Shown piece by piece: positions 1 through 7,899 of a stretch of DNA of 20,000 bases. The translations under genes and the position numbers were made by a program. The notes beneath the pieces are model-generated. The model had not been told where the DNA came from and did not search any database. It saw only the letters and a program-made list of their open reading frames with translations. Source of the stretch: Myxococcota bacterium (GTDB taxonomy: Bacteria; Myxococcota_C; UBA6777); contig JAKLKB010000022.1 of assembly GCA_023150835.1 (NCBI GenBank), forward strand, positions 47,388-67,387, read 5' to 3'. Within the stretch, counting starts at the first letter, position 1, and each line of letters begins with the position of its first letter.

Positions 1-2
1 AC

Positions 3-770
3 CTCGACGAATCGACCTTCGATGCGCCCGAACAAACCGAATCGCCCTTTGAGTTGGCGCAGCGGCTGTTGCAGACCTTTACGGTGGGCGTGAACGAACT
101 GAGCCGACCGATCGACGCGATCAAGCACCAAGCCAAAACCGTCACCGTGGGGATCTCTCGCCCTTCGCCGACGCTGAGTGGCCCGATCGGTCAGGCTTTC
201 CGAAAGATGCAGATCGATCCAACGTTGGTGCTGTGGCGAAACCTCTCTTACTTGATCGCCGCCGAGCGTTTGATCGGCAAAGTCAAAGGTGCCGTCCTCT
301 ATCGCGTCGAAGGACTCGATGCGGAGGGCTTCCCAAACTCCAAAAGCAAGATCTACAAAGAAGCCTCTTCGGGGATCGCCGAAGTGTTGCCTTCGCGTAC
401 AGAATCCGATCCCACGCTGCGCGGCTCCAAATGGCTCGCCCTCAAAAAAAATGCCGTATCCATCGGCGTTGGGCGAAACGACAACCGCAAGATCGCGATC
501 ATCCCTCTGCGTGGAGCCGCACCCCGTCAAGCCCGCATCTTGCTGCTGCATCTGGACTTTCACGAAGAAGCCGCCCTCGCAGATCGACTCCATCTGTTGC
601 GCGCACGCGGCCCGATCTACGACCTGTTTCGTGCGGCTGTGACGGAGATCGGTCAAACGTGGTCCGAAGATCTCTTGGCCAAAGTTCCTGTGGAGCTGCT
701 CTTTGAAGACACCCCCGATCGTTTTGTCAGCAGCCTCCAAAAACACAGCGAATACGAAATCCGCTCATAG
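3..770 (+). CDS. 3' part of a long GlmS-like (glutamine amidotransferase/SIS-domain) protein with a ~205 aa C-terminal extension; 5' end is outside the window
   Basis: The frame is open from base 3 (LDESTFDAPEQ...) to TAG at 768-770. ELSRPIDAIKHQAKTVTVG (ends at 152) resembles the GlmS C-terminal signature PRNLAKSVTVE, in the form I recall from long bacterial SIS-domain proteins. Confidence 0.65.
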   Translation, partial: LDESTFDAPEQTESPFELAQRLLQTFTVGVNELSRPIDAIKHQAKTVTVGISRPSPTLSGPIGQAFRKMQIDPTLVLWRNLSYLIAAERLIGKVKGAVLYRVEGLDAEGFPNSKSKIYKEASSGIAEVLPSRTESDPTLRGSKWLALKKNAVSIGVGRNDNRKIAIIPLRGAAPRQARILLLHLDFHEEAALADRLHLLRARGPIYDLFRAAVTEIGQTWSEDLLAKVPVELLFEDTPDRFVSSLQKHSEYEIRS

Positions 771-773
771 TAC

Positions 774-835
774 GATCGTAAAGAGGTCGGGGCAGATAGG
801 TGTGGCTGCCCAAGCACAGGGCGTCTACGCACTCT
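774..835 (+). repeat. REP-like repeat family A, copy 1
   Basis: GATCGTAAAGAGGTCGGGGCAGATAGGTGTGGCTGCCCAA matches 17286-17325 at 38/40, and the match is 53/62 over 774-835. It contains a GGGCAG...CTGCCC hairpin. Confidence 0.85.
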
Positions 836-855
836 TCCTCGCTTTGGCTGGCTGC

Positions 856-1081
856 CAGAGAGCGCTCTCGGGTGCGGCAGCGGTCAACAGCACCCGACGG
901 GCATTGCGAGAGCGGTTGTGTGGGTTGGGTGTACCGTTGGAAATCGGAAGCGGGGGGCAAACGAAGTACAACCGCAGCCGACAAGGGTATGCGAAAACGC
1001 ACTGGCTCGATGCGGTGTGTGTGGGCGTGTCGGGAGAACGTGTGTTCGTGGCCGCAGAGCAAGATAAGGGGGTTTCCACGC
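856..1081 (+). pseudogene. iscB: Degenerate fragment of IscB (IS200/IS605-family RNA-guided endonuclease), post-HNH / RuvC-III region only
   Basis: AAAVNSTRRALRERLCGLGVPLEIGSGGQTKYNRSRQGYAKTHWLDAVCVG fits the IscB pattern DAAAVNSTRWAL...GLPVETGSGGRTKFNR...LPKTHWLDAACVG. The downstream IscB motif DK(Y)GFPR appears as gat aag g ggg ttt cca cgc (1063-1081), which is frameshifted and closer than expected. There is no N-terminal domain, RuvC-I or HNH. Confidence 0.85.
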
Positions 1082-1361
1082 CGAAGAGTCGATGATTCGC
1101 CTGCGTTCGTTTTGACAGTTTGCCTCTTTCTTTCCTCCTCTATACTTCTCGCTTTTCATCTGCCTTGCTGCCATCTCCTTCCACGACAAGCCTTGCCTTT
1201 TTGCTTGGTTGGTTTATTCTTCGTGTATGTTTTCGCGTTCATGCGATATCATCGAAGAAGAGCATCAGAAAAAGCAGAAATCAGTTAGGCGAATAAGTTC
1301 TTATTCGGATGGATTTCGTGCGAAGCGCTGGTTCGTTGGGCTTAAAAGGAAAGGTCATCTT

Positions 1362-4300
1362 ATGCGTTGGTTTGGCATGGTTTTCTGGAGTATTGTGCTG
1401 GGTGGGAGTATGGTGTCGTGTGGAGGGGGAGGAGAGTGCATCAACAACATCCAACTGAGCGAGTACAACACAAGCGGGTTTCAATGCAGCAAAGCGTGTG
1501 ATTGCAGCAATCTGCGCTATGAGGGCTACTGTATCGCGGGGGTTTGCGTCTCTTCTGCACGCACAGCCGCCCAACGACGGGGAGAGATCCGCCCCTGCAA
1601 ACTCCAGCAAAAAGTCGACAAGTGTGAGTGGGGGAAACAAGAAGCACAACCTATCCCGCTCAAGGAGCTTTTGTGGGGCGATTGTGTCCCCCCAACCCCA
1701 ACCCCCGAAAACACCCGCGAAGCTTGCAGCGATAGCCAAGACAACGATTGCGATGGCCTGACCGATCTTGATGATGCGGATTGTAAAGCGTTTTGCCGTC
1801 CGGGCGACGTCAAGCCCTGTTATACAGGAGCCACAACGACACGAAATGTCGGCGAATGTAAAGACGGAACACAGACTTGCCAAGCAGATGCCTCGTGGGG
1901 GGCGTGTGCAAACGAAGTGTTGCCTCAAAACGAAACCTGCGATGGATTGGACAACAACTGCAACGGCCAAGTCGACGAGGCATGCGGTTGTACAAAAGAC
2001 GCCGACTGTCCGGGGGAATCGCGTTGCAAGTCGGGAAGCTGCGAGATCACACCTTGCCCTTCTGGACAATCGCGTTGCGGAAAAGAGTGCGTCGATCCAC
2101 AAACTGATCCCCAACATTGCGGGCGTTGTAGTCTTGCGTGTACGGGAGGCAATGCTTGTCAAAAAGGAGTGTGCCGTTGTCTCAACGGACAAACGGAGTG
2201 CAAAGGAGCTTGTGTCGATACAACCCAAAGCAACGCTCATTGTGGGGCGTGTGAGAATTCTTGTGGAGATCGCAAGGTTTGCCAACAAAGTCGCTGTGCT
2301 TGTCGGAGCGATCTGCTCGAATGTAGCGGAGATTGCGCTGATATCAACAACGACGACAAACATTGTGGAGGCTGTGGAAAGTCGTGTAAAAGTTATGAGG
2401 CCTGCCGAAGCGGAAAATGCGAATGCAAAGATCCCAAGGGATTTTGTGGTGGTGTTTGTGTGGATATCGCGACAGACAGCAAGCATTGCGGAGGATGCGA
2501 CCAAGTTTGCGACTCCAACAAAGAGCAGTGCGTGGGGGGGAAATGCGTGTGTGCTTCTTCTTTGGTCTTGTGTGATGGAGTATGCTTTGACACGAAAAGC
2601 GCCTTCCAACACTGCGGAAAATGCGGAGTGGTGTGTGGTGTCGGGGAAAAGTGCGAAGGTGGGCGGTGTGTGCCGTTGGCTTCGATCGCAGCAGGAGCGG
2701 CGAATACCTGCGCGATCTCTGGGTGTGGCCATCTCAAATGTTGGGGAAGCAACGGCGCAAATATCTTGGGGCGAACTTCCTCAACAACGCTGTACTGGCC
2801 GGGATGGGGCGTCGTAGATTTTGGCAGCGGACAAGGGCGGCAGGTTCAACAAGTCGCTGTAAATAGTTCGCACGCTTGCGCGATCTTGTTGGATCAAAGT
2901 ATGCATTGTTGGGGTGCAAATCAGCACGGTCAGCTAGGCTACGGCGACACCACAAATCGCGCAACACCCGATCCTTTGGGGATAACGTTTCCCGTTGGTT
3001 TGTTTCCCAAGCAGATCACTTTGGGAGAGATGCACACGTGCGTTGTATTCAACGATCAAAGCGCCCGATGTTGGGGGAAAAATCATGTTGGGCAATTGGG
3101 ATACGGAGATTCGCAACCGCGCAACAGCCCGCTCAGTCAAGCGGTTTCGGTGGGAACAGGGAGAACGGTCAAGCAGATCGAATCGCTGCTGGATCACACC
3201 TGTGCGATCTTGGATAATGGAAGTGTCAAATGTTGGGGGGCCAATGATCGCGGACAACTCGGCTATGGCGACAAGACCACACGATCTTCTCCACCAGTGG
3301 GTGTGGTGTCTCTTGGTGCGGGTCGAACTGCGCTGGCTTTGGCGCTTGGGAGGGATTTTTCTTGTGCGCTGCTTGACGATGGCAGTGTCAAATGTTGGGG
3401 GGCCAACGATCACGGGCAACTCGGCTATGGTGATACCACGCTGCGAGACGCCCCTGCTGCGGATGGGATCGATTTGGGGGTTGGGCGCACCGCCAAGCTG
3501 ATCAAGGCGGGAGGCTCGTATGTTTGTGCGCTGCTTGACGACGGAAGCCTCAAGTGTTGGGGAAGCAACGTTGCAGGGCAGATTGGAAACGGCGAGTCAG
3601 GTTCAGGAAAGTTTCTGGCAAAGCCCGGAACCCCCGTTGCTCTGGGCGTCGGCAGGACGGCAAAAGCCCTTTCGTTGGGAGCAGGACACACTTGTGCTGT
3701 GTTGGATGATGAGAGCATCGCTTGTTGGGGGGACAACGCCAACGGTCAATTGGGCTACGGAGACAATCTGTTGCGCTCTCAAGTGACGGGTGAGCGGGTG
3801 TTTTTGGGCCAATCGGTGTGTGGTGGGGCGTGCCGAGAGGTTTATCGATCGGGTGATTGTGGGGGATGTGGCGTTGTTTGTTCGGGCGTACAGGCGTGCT
3901 TGTCCGGCCATTGTACCGCCCCTGTGATCGCCATCCACGCCAACGCCCAATACACCTGTTCGCTGCAAAGCAACGGAGACGCCAAGTGTTGGGGAGATGG
4001 TGTTTATGGCCAGCTTGGGTACGGGGATACGTTGATGACAGGAAATAGGTACAGAAGCCCGAACCGAACGGCCATCCAAATGGGTGTGGGCCGAAGCGTA
4101 CGATCGCTTGGTGTTGGAGAGAGCCACGTCTGCGCGATCTTGGACAACGGGGCGGTAAAATGTTGGGGGGATTCTACAAACGGTGCGCTGGGGTACGGTG
4201 ACTTTGTGGTGCGCGATGTGCCAGACGCAAACCCAATCGATCTCGGAAGCGGGCGCACTGCCAAGGCCCTCTCCGTGGGCGGGCAGCACACTTGCGTGAT

Positions 4301-5060
4301 CCTCGACAACGACGCGCTCAAGTGTTGGGGGGTAAATATCCAAGGCCAACTTGGGCTTGGAGACCTCAACGGGCGCACGAAGCCTGAGGCCGCACCTATC
4401 AATCTTGGGACAGGGCGAACGGCGAAGGCGGTGGCTTTGGGAAAACACCATACTTGTGCGATCCTTGACAATGGGGAGGTCAAATGTTGGGGGAATGGGG
4501 TCGGCGGTCAATTGGGCTACATCAACGTTGCTGTAAAAAATGCACCCGACAGTGCGCCCGTTCCGTTGGGGGTGGGCAGGACGGCCAAAGCCATCTCAGC
4601 GGGAAAAACGCATACTTGTGCGATCTTAGACAACGATACGGTGAAATGTTGGGGGGCGAATGCGCAAGGAGAACTCGGTTATGGCGACACCACGTCACGC
4701 AATCCACCCGATGCCAACCCGATCAACCTCGGCACAGGGCGGACGGCCAAGGTGATCTCCGCAGGTTTGGCCCATACTTGCGCGGTCTTGGACAATGGCA
4801 GTGTGAAGTGTTGGGGAGCAGGTGGTGAGGGGCGTCTAGGCGATGGCAATGCAAAGGATCACAGCGTCCTTGCGCCGATGCTTGTGGATATCGGTGTGGG
4901 GCGCACGGCTAAATCCGTTTCGGCGGGATCTCGGCACACCTGCGTTCTTTTGGACGATGACAACGTGAAGTGTTGGGGCTACAACTACGACGGCGAATTG
5001 GGCTACGGTGACACGATCCATCGCACAACCCCAAGCCTCTATCCGATCCGCTTTTTTTAG
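1362..5060 (+). CDS. Large surface lipoprotein (1232 aa): MopE-like acidic Cys motifs, 5 Cys-rich HCGxC repeats and two 7-repeat RCC1-type beta-propellers
   Basis: ATG 1362 follows AAGGAAAGG. MRWFGMVFWSIVLGGSMVS-C is a lipoprotein-type signal. Motifs EACSDSQDNDCDGLTD and ETCDGLDNNCNGQVDE are present. Fourteen repeats of HTCAILDxGxVKCWGxNxxGQLGYGD occur as 7+7 (~2680-3800, ~3925-5040), separated by one degenerate Cys-rich unit. Confidence 0.9.
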   Translation: MRWFGMVFWSIVLGGSMVSCGGGGECINNIQLSEYNTSGFQCSKACDCSNLRYEGYCIAGVCVSSARTAAQRRGEIRPCKLQQKVDKCEWGKQEAQPIPLKELLWGDCVPPTPTPENTREACSDSQDNDCDGLTDLDDADCKAFCRPGDVKPCYTGATTTRNVGECKDGTQTCQADASWGACANEVLPQNETCDGLDNNCNGQVDEACGCTKDADCPGESRCKSGSCEITPCPSGQSRCGKECVDPQTDPQHCGRCSLACTGGNACQKGVCRCLNGQTECKGACVDTTQSNAHCGACENSCGDRKVCQQSRCACRSDLLECSGDCADINNDDKHCGGCGKSCKSYEACRSGKCECKDPKGFCGGVCVDIATDSKHCGGCDQVCDSNKEQCVGGKCVCASSLVLCDGVCFDTKSAFQHCGKCGVVCGVGEKCEGGRCVPLASIAAGAANTCAISGCGHLKCWGSNGANILGRTSSTTLYWPGWGVVDFGSGQGRQVQQVAVNSSHACAILLDQSMHCWGANQHGQLGYGDTTNRATPDPLGITFPVGLFPKQITLGEMHTCVVFNDQSARCWGKNHVGQLGYGDSQPRNSPLSQAVSVGTGRTVKQIESLLDHTCAILDNGSVKCWGANDRGQLGYGDKTTRSSPPVGVVSLGAGRTALALALGRDFSCALLDDGSVKCWGANDHGQLGYGDTTLRDAPAADGIDLGVGRTAKLIKAGGSYVCALLDDGSLKCWGSNVAGQIGNGESGSGKFLAKPGTPVALGVGRTAKALSLGAGHTCAVLDDESIACWGDNANGQLGYGDNLLRSQVTGERVFLGQSVCGGACREVYRSGDCGGCGVVCSGVQACLSGHCTAPVIAIHANAQYTCSLQSNGDAKCWGDGVYGQLGYGDTLMTGNRYRSPNRTAIQMGVGRSVRSLGVGESHVCAILDNGAVKCWGDSTNGALGYGDFVVRDVPDANPIDLGSGRTAKALSVGGQHTCVILDNDALKCWGVNIQGQLGLGDLNGRTKPEAAPINLGTGRTAKAVALGKHHTCAILDNGEVKCWGNGVGGQLGYINVAVKNAPDSAPVPLGVGRTAKAISAGKTHTCAILDNDTVKCWGANAQGELGYGDTTSRNPPDANPINLGTGRTAKVISAGLAHTCAVLDNGSVKCWGAGGEGRLGDGNAKDHSVLAPMLVDIGVGRTAKSVSAGSRHTCVLLDDDNVKCWGYNYDGELGYGDTIHRTTPSLYPIRFF

Positions 5061-5271
5061 GACAAGAGGTTTCGCTTTCGGACCAAAAACCTCGCGTCTG
5101 CGGTACTTCAGCGAATAGACACCACAGCGGCGATCTCACAAAAAGCTTCCCTCCCCCAAAACTTTTTTGTAGTATGCAGGCGACACCCACCTTTGAAGAG
5201 AGACTCGCGGCGTTTGCAGAGGTTTTTCGCACGCCGTTGTGTAGAGCAAACCAGAAAGAAAGGGCGCTGGA

Positions 5272-7110
5272 ATGAGCAAAATGCTCACCTATTCGTTGGG
5301 GATCGTGCTATGCATGATCCCCTTCTTGATGCATTGTGGTCCCCCGAACTGCCAAGTCGAAAAAGATCATCCTCTTTGCCTTTCCGAAGAGGCTGCGGGT
5401 GACGCTTCGGAAGCGATCACCGAGCAAACCAACCCGAACGAACGCCTTCCCACCGATGATGCAGAGCCATCTGTACACGACGGTACAGGGGAAACTGTCG
5501 CCGATGGGGCCGAAGAACCCGCGATCAACGAATCGAATCCTGATGTAACCACCGAACAACACAACGACGACTTGAACCCTGATTCGGATAACCCGAGCAT
5601 TACGTCGATTGTCGGAGACGGTTCCGCTCGTGCCGTTGTGTACAGTACGGGTACACAAAAGCCCGATGATGCAGTTGAATCACCCAATCGGTTTCGGAAC
5701 AACTGGCAGCTTCATGGCAAGCACCTCGACCGATTGACGGGGGCTTTGCTCGTTCTCAAAAAAGATGAATCCAAAACATTCGGCTCCAACGAGGGCCTAG
5801 TACTTGACGCTGGAGGTTCTTCGATGCTTCGCACTTTGACTCTTCCCAAAACACTCATCGCTGGTTTGTTTGTTCTCTACGGTCTGATCGGTAACAACAA
5901 AGTCTCTCTTGCTCAAGTTTATGTTCTTCAAGGCGAAAAAGGTGATTCGGGCGCTTCTGGACAAAAAGGCGACCAAGGCGACAAGGGCGACAAGGGCGAC
6001 AAGGGCGACAAGGGCGACAAGGGCGACAAGGGCGACCCGGGCGCCCAAGGCGCAAAGGGTGATCAAGGTATCCAAGGCATCCAAGGCGCAAAAGGCGATC
6101 AAGGCATCCAAGGCGTCCAAGGCGCAAAAGGCGACCCGGGCGTGGGATTCGATACGCAAACGGTGACTTACATCAACGGCTTGAAGACGTACATGAGCGT
6201 CAACACATCGAGTAAACTGGTCAAATTTACGGGGGCGAACGTTCAGATCGTCAATGGTTTGTCTTCGACCAGCACCAAGGACGGAACAGGTAACCTGATC
6301 GTGGGTCACAACGAAAATCGCGCAACACCGGCGGATCGTAGCGGCTCTCATAACGTGGTCGTAGGCGATCTGCATGTGTACAAAAGTTATGGCGGTTTTG
6401 TTATGGGAAAGAACAACGCCATCGAAGGCGCATACAGCAGCGTTTGTGGCGGTGGCAATAACTCCGCCACAGGCTACGCAAGCAGCATCAGCGGCGGAAC
6501 GAACAACATCGCGAGCGGCGAGGGAAGCAGTATTAGTGGAGGCAACGGAGGTCGCGCTGTTGCGAATACTTCGAGCATATCGGGTGGCATGAATAACAGC
6601 GCAACAGGCGAATTCAGCAGCGTATCGGGCGGTATGTTCAATGAGGCCAAAAGCTTCGCATCGTCGGTAACAGGCGGCGCAAGCAACATCGCGGGTGGTT
6701 TGGCCTCCACGGTTTGCGGTGGTGGCGTGCTGGATCTGGTGAACGGTGTCTATGCCAAGTCAACCTTCGGCAACAAGGCTTATGGCCGTTACAGCAGCGT
6801 GAGCGGTGGCAAGAATAACACTGCTGGGGATGCCTCGAATGGTACGCTTGGTGCGTCCAGCAGTATCTCTGGTGGTCTGGACAATATCGCAACGGGCGAA
6901 GCAAGCAGCGTCAGCGCCGGCTCTTCAAATACCGCGAGTGGGTATTTTAGTAGCGTTTCTGGGGGGGCCATCAACAGCGCAACAAGCCAAGGCGCGAACG
7001 TTTCTGGCGGGCTACAAAACACCGCCGTCTCCCTGTACAGCAGCATTCTGGGTGGGTCTGGGAAAACCACCGGATCAGGAACATGGACGTGTTCCTCAAC
7101 CTGCCCCTAA
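5272..7110 (+). CDS. Probable trimeric fibre/adhesin-like lipoprotein (612 aa): acidic linker, beta-rich domain, collagen-like region and SGG-repeat beta-roll head
   Basis: The signal [22 protein letters not shown] is followed by a D/E/P/T-rich linker and 24 Gly-X-Y triplets. Then come [12 protein letters not shown]...GNLIVGHNE...GSHNVVVG and a series of 14-aa repeats SS(I/V)SGGxNNxAxG resembling YadA-head-like beta-roll repeats. Confidence 0.8.
   Translation: MSKMLTYSLGIVLCMIPFLMHCGPPNCQVEKDHPLCLSEEAAGDASEAITEQTNPNERLPTDDAEPSVHDGTGETVADGAEEPAINESNPDVTTEQHNDDLNPDSDNPSITSIVGDGSARAVVYSTGTQKPDDAVESPNRFRNNWQLHGKHLDRLTGALLVLKKDESKTFGSNEGLVLDAGGSSMLRTLTLPKTLIAGLFVLYGLIGNNKVSLAQVYVLQGEKGDSGASGQKGDQGDKGDKGDKGDKGDKGDKGDPGAQGAKGDQGIQGIQGAKGDQGIQGVQGAKGDPGVGFDTQTVTYINGLKTYMSVNTSSKLVKFTGANVQIVNGLSSTSTKDGTGNLIVGHNENRATPADRSGSHNVVVGDLHVYKSYGGFVMGKNNAIEGAYSSVCGGGNNSATGYASSISGGTNNIASGEGSSISGGNGGRAVANTSSISGGMNNSATGEFSSVSGGMFNEAKSFASSVTGGASNIAGGLASTVCGGGVLDLVNGVYAKSTFGNKAYGRYSSVSGGKNNTAGDASNGTLGASSSISGGLDNIATGEASSVSAGSSNTASGYFSSVSGGAINSATSQGANVSGGLQNTAVSLYSSILGGSGKTTGSGTWTCSSTCP
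5932..6147 (+). repeat. Collagen-like (Gly-X-Y)24 coding repeat including a perfect (GGCGACAAG)6 tandem array at 5977-6030
   Basis: Read directly: [15 protein letters not shown] (GDK)6 [39 protein letters not shown]. Confidence 0.95.
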
Positions 7111-7130
7111 ACCGCACGCAGTTGGTTGCG

Positions 7131-7166
7131 ATCGGATTTGCGCGGTTGGATGGTTTGGTGGGGTGT
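7131..7166 (+). repeat. Short GT-rich intergenic repeat family B, copy 1
   Basis: ATCGGATttgcgcgGTTGGATGGTttgGTGGGGTGT aligns with 14155-14191 ATCGGATgggtgcaGTTGGATGGTgtttGTGGGGTGT. Confidence 0.55.
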
Positions 7167-7194
7167 TTTGGTTTCGCACCAAGGATGGTGACGG

Positions 7195-7554
7195 ATGATC
7201 GAAGTCTACAAAGAGTTTCGTTTTGAGGCGGCGCATCGGCTGCCCAATGTTCCCGAAGGCCACAAGTGCGGTCGTTTGCATGGGCATTCGTTTCGTGTCG
7301 AGGTCCATATCTGTGGCGAGCTCGATCCGCATCTCGGGTGGATCATGGATTTTGGCGAGTTGAAGGCAGCTTTTGCCCCGCTGTACGAGCGTTTGGATCA
7401 CCACTATCTCAACGAGATCGAAGGGCTCGAAAATCCGACCAGTGAGAACTTGGCGCGATGGATCTGGCAACAGTTGGCCCCGACGCTGCCGCAGTTATGC
7501 AGGGTGGTGGTCAAGGAGACCTGTACTTCGGGATGTCTCTACGAAGGCAGATAA
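7195..7554 (+). CDS. queD: 6-carboxy-5,6,7,8-tetrahydropterin synthase (queuosine / 7-deazaguanine pathway)
   Basis: FEAAHRLP, the catalytic/zinc motif [38 protein letters not shown] and VKETCTSGC all match enterobacterial-type QueD; 119 aa. Confidence 0.97.
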   Translation: MIEVYKEFRFEAAHRLPNVPEGHKCGRLHGHSFRVEVHICGELDPHLGWIMDFGELKAAFAPLYERLDHHYLNEIEGLENPTSENLARWIWQQLAPTLPQLCRVVVKETCTSGCLYEGR

Positions 7555-7899
7555 CGCGACCGCAAGTCGTTTCGCCAGCGCCATTCGAGGAACGCGATCC
7601 CCCCGACAAAGATCGCTTCGCCCCACACCTGCAAAATCATCGACCCACAAAAGCTTGTGCATCTGTGTTTGCCTGCCTTTCTTTTTTGCCCGCCCGATCA
7701 AGGTTTCGCCGCTTGTGGAAGAGCGGCCTCACAAATCAGATATCGACATCAAAGAATTTTTGCATAAGATCCGAGAGTCTAGGCATCGTCTCTTTGGGGA
7801 GGCCATGCAAGGGTCTTCGTATATCAAGGGCAACGAAAAGAGGCAATGCTTTTCTTCACTCGAATGACAGTTGAACTGTTCGGATATTCGGGGGTTTTT

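Noticed and set aside
703..1095. 130-aa ORF as an intact mini-nuclease gene
   Set aside because: Its N-terminal part overlaps the upstream gene and reads through repeat A. It lacks RuvC-I/II and HNH, and the last conserved motif is out of frame.
1112..1146. TTGACA (1112-1117) plus TATACT (1141-1146) as a sigma70 promoter
   Set aside because: The 23-nt spacing is too long. The -10 hexamer could still be real, but the pair is not supportable.
3217..3440. Near-identical DNA in adjacent RCC1 blades as a possible DGR template/variable repeat pair
   Set aside because: Both copies are coding and in frame, the mismatches are not adenine-specific, and no reverse transcriptase is present.
5977..6030. 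Tandem 9-bp repeat as a CRISPR array or on/off phase-variation tract
   Set aside because: There are no spacers, and the unit is a multiple of 3 that simply encodes (GDK)6.
7111..7194. preQ1 riboswitch upstream of queD
   Set aside because: There is no preQ1-I type short stem with an A-rich tail, only an imperfect AACCGC...GCGGTT hairpin and repeat B.
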